Shown piece by piece: positions 14,317 to 26,114 of a stretch of 64,000 nt of DNA (its first letter is position 1; each line of letters opens with the position of its first letter). The translations under genes were made by a program, and so were the position numbers. The notes under the pieces were generated by a model, which saw nothing but the letters and a program-made list of their open reading frames with translations, did not search any database and was not told where the DNA came from. This DNA comes from Eledone cirrhosa (Eukaryota), in the NCBI GenBank assembly GCA_964016885.1, contig OZ024749.1, positions 17,794,001-17,858,000 of the forward strand, given 5' to 3'.

Positions 14317-15922
14317 GGCAACCACCCATTAGGGCATTCATGGATGACCTCACAGTCATGACAGAATCAGCCCCAGGCTGCCAGTGGATTCTGCAGGGAC
14401 TCGAAAAGGTGATGGAGTGGGCCCGGATGCGTTTCAAACAACCAAATCAAGATCTATGGTGCTGAGGAAGGTGAAGGACATTTTCCGGTTTAACATCTCA
14501 GGAACAGCCATTCCAACAATCACAGAGAAGTAGTCAAGAGCTTAGGCAAGGTTTTCGACAGCTCATTGAGAGATACTACATCTATCCAGTCGGCCTGCAC
14601 TGAGTTGGATGGCTGGCTAAAATCCGTGGACAAGTCAGGCCTACCTGGGAAGTTCAAAGCCTGGGTCTACCAACACGGCATTCTTCTCAGGATCCTGTGG
14701 CCCTCCTTGTCTATGCAGTCCCTATCTCAACAGTGGAGACCTAAGAGAGGAGGGTCAGCAGCCACCTCCGGAGATGCCTTGGATTGCCAAGGAGCCTGAG
14801 CATCATCGCGCACTACAGTAACAACACCAAACTGCAATTGCAGAGGCAAGGCTGCACCAAAGGAGACTTGTGGGAGTGGTCACACGAGGCAGAGCTGGGC
14901 TAGGCTCCTTTCCGACTCCCCAAACGAACACCAGCGGGAAGGAAGGGCGCCGCCTTGTTCAGGAGGAGGTGAGAGCTGCAGCGGAGGAAATGAGAACTTG
15001 CAAGGCAGTAAGAATGAAGCAACAGGGAGCTTGGATAAGATGGGAGAATGCGGTTGAGAGGAAAGTGACCTGGGTTGAGCTGTGGAAAGCCGAGCCTCGC
15101 TGCATTAAATTCCTCATCCAGGCAGTGTACGATGTGCTTCCAAGCCCATCAAACCTGCACACATGGGGTATAGCGCAGAGAGACCAGCATGTGCTTTGTG
15201 CTCCAAGCGAGGAACCCTGGAACACATCCTCAGCTGCTGCACGGGGGCACTTGGAGAAGTACAGTACCGCTGGAGGCATGACCAAGTCCTTAAGACCATC
15301 GCTGAGGCCATCAGTGCGGGACTTGTGTGGGCGATGCGGTTCAGACCCTCCAAGAAAACCATCGCCTTTGTCAGAGGTGGGGAGCGGCCAACCCCTGCCG
15401 GGAAAACATCAACGGACATCCTAACATCTGCAAGAGACTGGCAGATATTGGTGGATCTTGAGCGACATTGTGGTCACCACTCTGCGACTGACATTGTCCT
15501 TGTGTGTGAGTCCACCAAGCAAGTAGTGCTGGAAGAAGCCTTTGAGAGAAAGCTCTCCAAGTACGCAGTTCTGGTCAGTGACTGACAGAGGGCTGGTTGA
15601 AGAGCGAGGTGTGTCGTGGTGGAGGTTGGATGCAGGGGTTTCTGCTTTCAACAGTTTGGGCATCGAGGGAGTGAGAAGGAGGAAGGCCATCCGCAGTACC
15701 ACTGATGCAGCAGAGAGGGCCTCAAGATGACTGTGGATCAAAAGAGGAGAGCCATGGAGTCATGGTAGCTAGCTGGCCATCTGGACTCAAGCTGGGGTCT
15801 GATCAGCCCCAGCTGGGTCACCTGGAGAAGGGTGTATGATGTTGAAAGCCCCGAAACACCCAATGATACCAGGCACGTCACTGAAGATGTGCCCAGATGC
15901 ATCAGTCATAGCTGTATGCACA
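14317..15922 (+). mobile_element. Hero-like (R2-group) non-LTR retrotransposon, 5'-truncated and decayed
   Basis: QPPIRAFMDDLTV, KSLGK, GLPGKFKAWVYQHGIL, CALC...LEHILSCC, YRWRHDQVL, DIV, EEAFERK..KY; structured 3' UTR. Clade call is from motif recall. Confidence 0.78.
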
Positions 15923-15925
15923 CAA

Positions 15926-16650
15926 TGTATTACTTGGTTTACTATCTGGGTGACCATAGTATGTCCCACCATTCCAGATGCTTTCAACATTTCAGCAACT
16001 ATCTCCGAAGGCCCAGCTGCCTTGCTTGTCTTCATATCTTTGATTGCCTTACTTATTATACTACCTTTAACTTGCACTGCTGGTCCCTCTATTGGATTCA
16101 TTTGGGGCAGTCTATCTTTTTCCCATTTATTCTCCTCATTTAGTATTCTCTCGTAGTGACACTTCCAAGCTATCTTCTTATCAGTATCAGTGAGGGCAAG
16201 TAGACCGTTATCCTTACGGACTCACTTCTCCCCGACAATATCACAATTTTCCTTGACACATTGTCTAGCAATCCTGAACACCTCACGTTTTTGGTCCTCT
16301 TGTTGTAGAACATGCTTGATCTTTCTTTCCTCTGCTTCCCTTCTTGCAAGGTACTCTTGTCTCCTAGCTTCCCTCCTGGCCACTTAATAATGTTCTCTAC
16401 TTCCCCCATCCTGCCATACTTTCCAAGCCTGCTTTTTGGCCTTGATTGTCTCCTCCACCCTACTGTTCCACCACCAAGTTACTCTCCTCCTGCCTATAGG
16501 TCTGCTCCAGCCACAGATTTCATCTGTTGCTTTCAGCAGGTTCACTTTCAAGAATTCCCACTGTTCCTGTATATTGTACGTCTCTAATTGCTCTACCTTA
16601 CGGGCTGTGGGGTCCTTCAACTTCCATATTCTTCTCCTCAAGGTAGTCTT
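15926..16650 (-). mobile_element. RTE family A-related internal fragment
   Basis: RRIWKLKDPTA, WEFLK, VTWWWNS, KAAGPSEIVAEMLKASG on the minus strand. Confidence 0.9.
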
Positions 16651-16707
16651 TTGTTTTCTGTTCATTGCTCATCACACACACACATATAATTGATATTCTC
16701 TTTGGAA

Positions 16708-17566
16708 TTACTGATGAAACTTGTTAGTGACACAACTACAAGAGAAGTTCCTAGCCAAGATTAAGTTGCTTTATTTAGCTTTTATAGATCCTGAAAAGGC
16801 TTTTGACAGAGTACTTCACTCTGTTATCTGGTGGTCCTTCAGAAATTTAGGTGGAGAATGGCTTGTAGGAGCAGTGCAAGCCATGTACAGAGGAGCTGTC
16901 AGTAAAGTGAGAGTAGGAAGGGAGTTTAGTGAAGAGTTCAATATACAGGTAGGTGTTCATCATGGTTCAGTTCACAACCCACTGCTGTTCATCATTAGTT
17001 CTCCAGGCCATAACCAATAAGTTTAGGACTGGCTGTTCACGGGAAAGAGTCTATGTGAATGATCTGGTCCTTATAGCTGACTCCATAAAAGAACTAGAGA
17101 ATAAGTGAGCCTACTGCATACGTAGGAAAGGAGTAGGCATAAACTGTACACAATGATAGCTTCTGCTATCTAGGTGGAGAGAAATGGAGCAACCATGCTT
17201 CGTTGGATGTGCAACGTAAATGTGAGAGGAAGGCAGAGCTTGGATAAATTGAGGAAGAAATTGGACTTCAGAGGAAACCGAAGTAGTGTGCAAGAGAGAA
17301 GACTGCTTTGGTATGGATATGTGATATCCATGGATGATGATCGCTGGTTAAAGAAGTGCCAGGGAATACCAGAGGAGGGAAGCCATACTAGAGGTAGACC
17401 AAGGAAGACCAGGGTAGATGTGGTGAGAGCTGATCTCAAATTGCTGAGACTCACAGAGGAGATAACGAAGGAAGAAGCGAGTGGGGAGATGTTGTGCTTA
17501 AAAGGACCCATCCAACCCATGCCAGGATTGAAAAACGGACGTAAAACTATGATGATGATGATGATG
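16708..17566 (+). mobile_element. Old, multiply deleted RTE fragment with 3' tail
   Basis: LQEKFLAK..LYLAFID.EKAFDRV, GVHHGSV, LRWMC, RGRPRKT; aaaacggacgtaaaa followed by (GAT)n. Confidence 0.85.
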
Positions 17567-17627
17567 TAGATGAAGTAAATTAAATCAAAACAGATTTAGA
17601 TTAAAACGAACAAAACTTGCCTGAAAC

Positions 17628-17833
17628 AACAAGGTACAGCTATATATAAAATATATTTTATAATGTAAGGTAGTGAACCACATAATTAAATAGACGGAGG
17701 TAATTTAAATAATAAAGATATCTTTAATTTACTTAAAGAATAACAAGGTACAGCTAAATATAAACTATATTTTATAACGTAAGGTAGTGAACAAGATAAA
17801 TAAATAGACGGAGGCATTTTAAATAATAAAGAC
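17628..17833. repeat. ~115-bp tandem duplication
   Basis: aacaaggtacagcta...taaggtagtgaac...aaatagacggagg occurs twice. Confidence 0.8.
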
Positions 17834-18917
17834 AGTCATGATAACAATATATTTTATATCACATGTAACAGTGGAATCTGGTTAATTACTGGATCATTGT
17901 AGGGTTTACATAATTATATTATTTACACACATTAATATAGACATTAAGTAAATCTTTGTCAACTTACCTCCTTCAGATATAATCAATGTGTTGTGTTGTC
18001 AGTTTTTACTAAACAACCAAAGAAATAATCTCTTTGTTATCAAATTAGAAGTTTCAAAGATGTTATCAGCTTTATTTCACGACATTAACGTTGCTGTATC
18101 TTCTTCATCTTTAGTCATAAATTGATATCTTGTCAGAATGAAGTAGTGAGGCTGACCTTAGGTCTTTAGCTACAGTTTTGATAGGAAATATATATATATT
18201 AGGTTGATATGTGGTCTAAAATATATATATTGTCTATAAATGACTGATAGCAGATGTTCTGGTGAAATAGTAGTTTTACTACTACAGATTGTAATGGAAC
18301 TCTTTGTAGACACAATTGTAAAGTAAGAATAGATATGTCAGTGTAAGACTGATGTCGGGGAAAGAAAATTGTGTTTATATATATATATATATAATTGTTA
18401 CACAAGAGATATAATTAGATTTATTAAAGTTATAATGAAGACAGCAGGTACTTGGTGTCGTTGGGAATGTTTCAACTCTCGTTCCGGTGTCATTCAAAAA
18501 AGTCCCTGATATAATTTAATACCTTCAGACGCAGTTGCAATCGTATTTAAATGATTGTAAATCAGAAAGTATCACTCAGTAAAATATCTATTATATATCA
18601 ATAAGAGAACCTCTACGTAGTCTCTCTAACTGCTAGAAATAGCAGTGATATTATCCATTACAACTTATTTTTTTGTTTAAAAATCCCAAAGTTTAGTTAT
18701 ACAATCAACAGCAAATCTTTTGTACAGACTTCGGAACAAACTGGAAGACCGTCAGAATATCATTCTCCCTCTTGTATATATATACATTTAGGTTTGTTGG
18801 TTCACAACTGGATAGAACTGGTCATTCCGTATAGTCAACCTTGATGTAATATTAGGGAGAGCTCTCGACGTAATCCTATATTTCAGGTTATTGTTATCAT
18901 GACTGTCTTTATTATTT

Positions 18918-19083
18918 GGCAGTATCGGTAGAGAGTGGGACGCCATGTTTTCCAGCAGAGTTACGTCCCTTTACGGTCTGAGTTCAAATGCCGTCGAGGT
19001 TAACTTTGCCTTTCATCCTTACAGGGTTGATAAATAAAGTACCAGTAATGCACTGTGTAATTGCTGGCCTTATGCCAAAAGTA
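18918..19083 (+). mobile_element. Second tRNA-derived SINE family (MetaSINE-like centre), split by a 5.4-kb insertion; tail resumes at 24498-24541
   Basis: B box gagttcaaatgcc; actttgcctttcatcctt...gataaataaagtaccag; homologous to 24552-24775. Confidence 0.75.
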
Positions 19084-22000
19084 TGGGGATCTCATACAAT
19101 CCTAACCTTCCAACCTTAATTCCTTAATTCTATCGTATTCTGAAAACAAAACAAAATCCTTCCCTTCTTCTGCTTCTTATAAATTCCTTTAAATATATTA
19201 TGCTACTTCGAAAACTCTAAAATCCCGCTTCTACCCCTAGACCCCCTCCCTCTACTTCACGAGGGCCTGCGGTCAGCCACCCCAATACCTACATCCATCT
19301 CTCTCTCTCTCTCCCCCTCCCCCTCTCTCTCTCTTAGCTATATATATATAAGATAAAAACTCCCTTCAAGTTAATTCACTTTCGCCAATTCATTCGCTGT
19401 CCCTACTACGGTATATCATGTAATCGTAATGTACACATTTTTCTATCAACTCCACACTTCAATTTCGTACCTAGTCCAAACATCCAATCTTGCAAAATCC
19501 TAAACGTAGCGAACGTTTTCCTAAAGCAAATCTGCATTTTTGTTATTTATGTTAAATACGGGAGTTTTTGTCGTATTGAACAAATCTTGTATTTTTGTTT
19601 TTTGTTAATCGCTTGTTAAACACGGGGATCTCATACAATCCTAACCTTCCAGCTAGCTACCCAACACCCCTCCCACCCACCGCGATTGTTATTACGTGGA
19701 CCAATCATAAGCCAGAGCCCCCACGCATCACCATTATTATTACGCGGACCAATCATAAGCCAGAGGCCTATACTATCGCTTGCCCGGTTGCCTTTCGATA
19801 TATGATGGATGGATGGATGGACTGCGGAATCCTGAAGAGTGGAAGAGAGAGAAAAATCTGGACGCTCAGCGAAAATGCCAAAGATAAAGACAAATTCACC
19901 TCGTGGACGAGAATGCGAGCACTCCTCTTTGTTTCGACCGCGGACGGCTAACATAACCCCATCTCCCCCCGCCACCCACCGCCCCCACCCTCCAAACACA
20001 ATCCAAAACTTCAGAGTTGGTACCATAAATGTAGGCACCCTAAAGGGGCGCGCTAACGAGGTTGTAGAAATGCTTGAAGGTAAGGAGGTCGATGTTTGTT
20101 GTATTCAAGAGACCAGGTGGAGGGGTGGGTCTGCTAGATTCATTGAGGGTAAAAAACGATGCTATAAGCTTTTCTGGGTGGGAAAGGACGATGGGCTGGG
20201 TGGAGTAGGAATCATGGTAGCAGAAAAGTGGGCAGATAAGATAATAGACGTAAATAGAGTGAACAACAGAATAATTATAATACGACTTGTCCTCAATAGA
20301 ACTACGGTGACAGTAATATCTGCGTACGCACCCCAATCCGGACTGCTCGGCACTATAAAAGACAGATTCTATGAGACACTGATGCTCACTACCTCCCAAA
20401 TAACCGACAGTGACTATATAATTATTGCAGGCGACCTAAATGGTCACGTTGGACAACATTGTGACGGCTACGACGAAATCTATGGAGGCTATGGGTTTGG
20501 TACTAGAAATGAGGAAGGCTCCAGAATCCTGGAATTCTGTGACGCAAATAACCTAACTATCTGTAACACTAACTTCAAAAAATGTGACAATCACCTGATC
20601 ACCTATAGATCCGGGGAACACACAAGCCAGGTAGATTATATCCTTACCAGAAGACGTGACAGAGTGTCTGTTGTAAACACTAAATCCCTCCCCCATGAAG
20701 AATGCACCTCCCAACATAGACTGATAATTAGCGACCTCATAGTCAGGACGAGACGTACTCGACAGCAGAAGAGGACTATCCTCAGGAGAAAAATATGGAA
20801 GCTAAAGGACCCCACAGCCAGAAATAAATTTCAAAGCATATTACTTGATGCTTTCGACAGTAAGGAAGAGCATTTAGAGTCGGACAATATAGAGGGACAG
20901 TGGGAATTTCTGAAAGCAAACCTGCTGATGGCGACAGACGAAGTCTGTGGCTGGAGCAGGCCTATAGGCAGGAGGAGAGTAACATATTGGTGGAACAGTA
21001 AGGTGGAGGGGTCAATTAAGGCCAAAAAGCAGGCTTGGAAAGTATGGCGGGATGGGGGAAGTAGAGAAGACTATCAAGTGGCCAGGAGGGAAGCTAGGAG
21101 ACAAGTGTACTTCGCAAGAAGGGAAGCAGAGGAAAGAAAGTTCAAGCATGTTCTACAACGCGAGGACCAAAAACGTGAGGTGTTCAGGATTGCTAGGCAA
21201 TGCGTCAAGGAAAACCGTGATATTGTCGGGGAGAAGTGTGTACTTAATGATGACGGCATACTTGCCATCACCGACGCTGATAAGAAGGTAGCTTGGAAGT
21301 GTCACTATGAAAGGCTACTAAATGAGGAGAATAAATGGGAGAAAGACAGTCTCCCCCACATCGACCCAATAGAGGGACCAGCAGTGTTAGTCGAGGGGAG
21401 TATAATAAGTAAGGCAATCAAGGATATGAAGACGGGTAAGGCGGCTGGGCCTTCGGAAATAGTTGCTGAGATGCTGAAGGCATCTGGCACGGTGGGACAC
21501 ACCATGGTCACCCGCATAGTTAACCAAGTCGTACAGAATGGGGTTGTTCCGAAGGACTGGCATAGCAGCATCATCGTTAACTGTTATAAGGGTAAAGGAG
21601 ATGCCTAGATAGGAGTAACTATAGAGGCATTAAATTAATCGACCAGGTCATGAAGGTCACGGAAAAAGTAATAGCGCAACTAATCAGAGAGAGAATTGAC
21701 CTAGATGAAATGCAGTTCGGGTTTGTGTCAGGCAAAAGTACCACAGACGCTCTTTTCATTGTACGACAACTACAGGAGAAGTACCTAGCTAAAGGTAAAC
21801 CCCTCTACTTAGCTTTTGTCGACTTGGAGAAAGCCTTCGACAGAGTCCCCCGCTCCATTATCTGGTGGGCTCTTAGAAAACTAGGTGTCGACGAATGGCT
21901 TGTGAGAGCTATACAAGACATGTATAAAGAAACAGTCAGCAAGGTTAGAATTAACAACGAATATAGTGAAGAGTTTAGCGTAAAAGTTGGCGTCCATCAG

Positions 22001-23440
22001 GGCTCTGTTCTCAGCCCCCTACTATTTATTATTGCCCTTCAGGCTATAACAGAGAAGTTCAAGACCGGCTGCCCATGGGAACTCCTATACGCAGACGACC
22101 TGACACTCATAGCTGAATCAATGGCCGAGCTAGAGAAGAAATTCCAAACATGGAAGCACGGCCTAGAATCAAAAGGACTTAAAATTAACCTGGCTAAGAC
22201 TAAAGTTCTAGTTTGTAGGAAAGAAAATAAGGCGGCGGTCCCTTCTGGGAAATGGCCATGCTCAGTGTGTAGGAAAGGCGTAGGTAGAAACTCCATTTTA
22301 TGTCCCAAATGCAAAGTATGGGTGCATAAAAGATGTAGTGGGATCACAGGTAAGCTAACTAAGAACATAGATTTTACATGTGGCCGGTGCTCTGGTGCAA
22401 TAAGTAGCAGCAAGTGCCCACAAAATACTAGCTCTTTCAATTGCGCAGAGGGTTCTATAGAAATAGTGGACAGCTTCCGTTACCTGGGTGACAAAATCAG
22501 CAGTGGGGGAGGGTGCTCTGAAAGTACAGTAGCTAGAGTCAGAACTGGTTGGAAAAAGTTCAGAGAGCTTATACCACTATTAGCTGCAAAAGGGTTCTCC
22601 CTAAAAATGAAAGGCAGGTTGTATGATGCCTGCATACAAACAGCAATCTTGCATGGCAGTGAGACCTGGGCATTGTGTGCAGAGGATATACGCAGACTAG
22701 AGAGGAACGAAGCTTGCATGCTCCGCTGGATGTGTAACAGTAATATACGTGAACGGCAAAGCATAACCGAACTAAGGAAAAAATTAGAAATAAGAGGGAT
22801 CAGATGTTGTTTACTCGAGAGAAGGCTACGTTGGTATGGACACGTGATGCGCATGAAAGTCGATAGCTGTATAACAAAGTGCAGGGCAATAAAGATAGAC
22901 GGTAGCCACGGAATAGGCAGACCTAGAAAAACCTGGGACGAGCTGATAAACTCCGACCTCACACACTTACACCTCTCCAAGACAATGTCACTGGACCGAG
23001 ACCTTTGGCGGTATTCAGTAACAGAGAAGACCCGCCTTACCTAAATACATAGTAAAACCTACTACAGCCAGTAGGCATCTCTAACAAAATACACCCCCTA
23101 CCCACCACCCCCACCCCATCCACACCACCCCGTTCTATGTAAAGTTATGTTGGTGCCGCGCCATCCAGGCCAAAACAAATGAGATCGTGTAGGTGTCACG
23201 ACAAAAAAACGCACAGTCCACGCTGTAATGTGGCCGTGTAGGCAACACGGTAAAAATCTCCCAGACCCACACTGTAAATGTGGTTGGTGTTAGGAAGGGC
23301 ATCCAACTGTAGAAAACCTGCCAGACAGTCCTATGCAAGCAAGACAATCACTCTTGCCTCAAGTGGGAATACCCCCGTCCAAACCCATGCAAGCGTGGAA
23401 CACGGACGTTAAACGTTGATGATGATGATGATGATGATGA
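19084..23440 (+). mobile_element. Full-length RTE family A copy with one frameshift
   Basis: ORFs 19839-21608 and 21650-23044 together match the intact copy; 1-bp loss at ~21604 (gatgcctag vs gacgccctag); (GAT)n tail. Confidence 0.96.
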
Positions 23441-24010
23441 ATTGTAACTGGTCACTCAAACTGATGTTATGGTATTGTTCCCAAAATAAATACATTCAAA
23501 ATCTCATAGATTCGATATTATGTAAGATAAAGCCTTTACTGTGAAAATACAATAGTATATATAGAGTAATGTAAATGTTATGTGAGATATTATGTAAGAT
23601 AAAGCCTTTACTGTGAAAATACAATAGTATATGTAGAGTAATGTAAACGTTATGTGAGATATTATGTAGGATAAAGCCTTTACTGTGAAAATACAATAGT
23701 ATATATAGAGTAGTGTAAATGTTATGTGAGATATTATGTGAGGTAAAGCCCTTACTGTGAAAATACAATAGTATATATAGAGTAATGTAAATGTTATGTG
23801 AGGTAAAGTCTTTACTGGGAAAATACAATAGTATATATAGAGTAATGTAAATGATATGTGAGATATGTGAGGTAAAGTCTTTACTGTAAAAATACAATAG
23901 TGTATATAGAGTAATGTAAATGATATGTGAGATATTATGTGAGGTAAAGCCTTTACTGTGAAAATACAATAGTATATATAGAGTAATGTAAATGTTATGT
24001 GAGGTAAAGC
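23441..24010. repeat. Minisatellite of ~7 units (60-72 bp) derived from a piggyBac-type MITE
   Basis: ttactgtgaaaatacaatagtatatatagagtaatgtaaatg recurs at ~23536, 23608, 23680, 23752, 23812, 23881 and 23953; reverse complement of part of 63147-63354. Confidence 0.9.
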
Positions 24011-24327
24011 TTCTTCTTCTTCTCTCTCTCACACACTTTCTCTTCCTCTCTCTAGAAAGCCAAATCCTTTCTCAATTATGGAACCATGTATTACTTGATG
24101 TCCTGTTTAGGGGTCACAAACTGTCACATTTCTCTGACCCTATACTTTCCCACATCATGAAGGTAAAGTCTCCCTTTATTTATATCCTCGCTTTGTGTGG
24201 TTCGTGTTAGGAAGGGCCTCCAGATATAAATACCCAACAGTCCTCACCGGAACGAAGTACAATGGGGCCAACTATTGCCAGACTTGACCCAGACTCTGCC
24301 TCCTTCACTGTGTTTATCACCAGAACT

Positions 24328-24497
24328 ATCATCATCATCATTTTACGTCTGCTTTTCTCTGCTTGCATGGGTGGGATGGGAACTGATTCTGGCTTGATTT
24401 CTACAGCTGGATGCCCTTCCTAACACCAACCTCATTTACAGTGAGTGCTGGGTGCTTTTTTGCCGTGGCACCTCCACGAACACTTTGCAGTGGAATT
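24328..24497 (-). mobile_element. 5'-truncated CORE-type SINE (RTE-derived 3' part)
   Basis: Matches 4975-5142. Confidence 0.85.
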
Positions 24498-24551
24498 ACT
24501 GTGTAATTGCTGGCCTTATGCCAAAAGTAGAAACAATTATTTAAAATACCT

Positions 24552-24775
24552 CGGGCGATGGTTTGGCAGTATTAGTAGCGGGTCGGACACCATGCTTTGA
24601 AACATAGGGTTACCTTCCTTTAGGCTCTGAGTTGAAATCCCGCCGAGGTTAACTTTGCCTTTCATCCTTACGCGGTGGATAAAATAAAGTACCAGTCACG
24701 CACTGGGGTCGATTTAATCGACTTTCCCCTCCCCCCCAAATCGCAGGCCTTGTGCCTATATAAGAAACCATTATA
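24552..24775 (+). mobile_element. tRNA-derived SINE (MetaSINE-like centre)
   Basis: gagttgaaatcccgccgaggttaactttgcctttcatcctt...gataaaataaagtaccag...gcactggggtcga. Confidence 0.75.
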
Positions 24776-25134
24776 ACTTTAATTAATCTAATTACCGCAC
24801 ACCTCCACATCTTGTGTATATAACATAGCCATTTGTTTCTCTATATATGCCTGTGTCTACCGTTCCTTCATAAACCAGATCCTAGATCATGATCATAACA
24901 CTGTCATCCTGAAATACCACATCCACCAGATGCTGAAGAATGCACAAGTCATGTTAAAAGCTGGTCAAATCCAATCAGATCAGGTCCTCATGAAGAGTCT
25001 GTTGCACAAGGTAAATAGTATGTGTGTGTGTATATATATATGTGTGTGTCTGTGTGTATATGTATATATATGTGTGTGTCTGTGTATATATATATATACA
25101 TATATATATATGTGTGTGTATATATATGTGTATG

Positions 25135-25168
<34 letters not shown>

Positions 25169-25531
25169 GATATATATATGTGTGTGTCTATATATGTATA
25201 TATGTGTATGTGTGTATATATATATAGTTAGAGCGGTGTGTATACAATAAGTAATGTATATAATCTGATTAAAACTTCTACTTTGCAGCTTCCAACTGTA
25301 GCTGGCAGCTGTGATGTTGACAAGAATGTAGTACTCAATATAGGGTACATGATAGAGAGTAGCATTGAGGAAGGGGAAAATACATAATGAAAAATCCACC
25401 AATATATATATAGTATATATACATACATACTATATATATATATAAAAGGTAGACCTAAATAACAACACAATCGGTACAGTATATGGAAGGGATATATTAG
25501 GTTAATGATTGATATAGCAGGAAGAGGGTGT

Positions 25532-25565
25532 TACCATTTCGGACCCTAGTCCTTCATCAGAAGAA
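25532..25565 (-). ncRNA. Partial hammerhead ribozyme motif
   Basis: CTGATGA-A-GGAC-tagg-GTCC-GAAA; stems I and III are not convincing. Confidence 0.5.
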
Positions 25566-25650
25566 AGAATGAGAAATAAAATAGATTGAAGGGACAGGCG
25601 GGGTGGAATATATATATATATATCAATGATATTAATAAATAGAAACTATA

Positions 25651-25716
25651 TTTATTCTATTATATATATTTCAAGGGTACCAAAACTTTGGTACGCTCTC
25701 ATCAGATAAAATACAA
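25651..25716 (-). ncRNA. Minimal type I hammerhead ribozyme (Penelope pLTR type)
   Basis: tattttat-CTGATGA-GAGcGTACCAAA/TTTGGTACcCTT-GAA-ATATATAT-A-atagaata. Confidence 0.82.
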
Positions 25717-25849
25717 AATTTGTTTCATAAATAGTGACATACCCAGGAATGATACCTTAACGGTTCAAGTTTCTTCTGGATAGTGAAAGGAAAGAGAGAA
25801 AATGGGAAGAATGGAAAAAACAAATATTTCAAATTATTTTGATGAATAT

Positions 25850-26114
25850 GCAGATGATAATTTACCACAAATATTAGTGATATGGCTTTTCTCCAGTATA
25901 TATATATGTTTCTATGTAGTTCATGCACCAATGAAAGACAATAATTTCTCCCCAATATCACAGTGGTATGTCTTCTCACTCATAAATGTATTTGTATTTA
26001 ATTAATTCACCATTTTGAGATAATAAGATATGACTTTGTTATGGCTTCTCACCTGTATGGGTATATTTGTGTCTAGTTAAACTACTTGAAATAGAGAATG
26101 ATTTACCACAGATA
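25850..26114 (-). pseudogene. Out-of-frame 23rd finger and decayed C2H2 finger relics 3' of the ZNF stop
   Basis: [25 protein letters not shown] at ~26039-26116; EKTYHCDI and TGEKPYH relics at ~25850-25980. Confidence 0.75.

Noticed and set aside
16708-16725. CTGATGAAAC (also at ~63723) as a ribozyme core
   Set aside because: It is RTE coding sequence (TDETC) at a deletion junction.
23500-24010. CRISPR-like periodicity and the 178-aa repeat ORF 23496-24032
   Set aside because: Whole units repeat with no unique spacers and no cas genes; it is a MITE-derived minisatellite.
24900-25016. Possible + strand exon ending aag|gtaaat
   Set aside because: No recognisable protein or acceptor; cannot be supported without transcript data.
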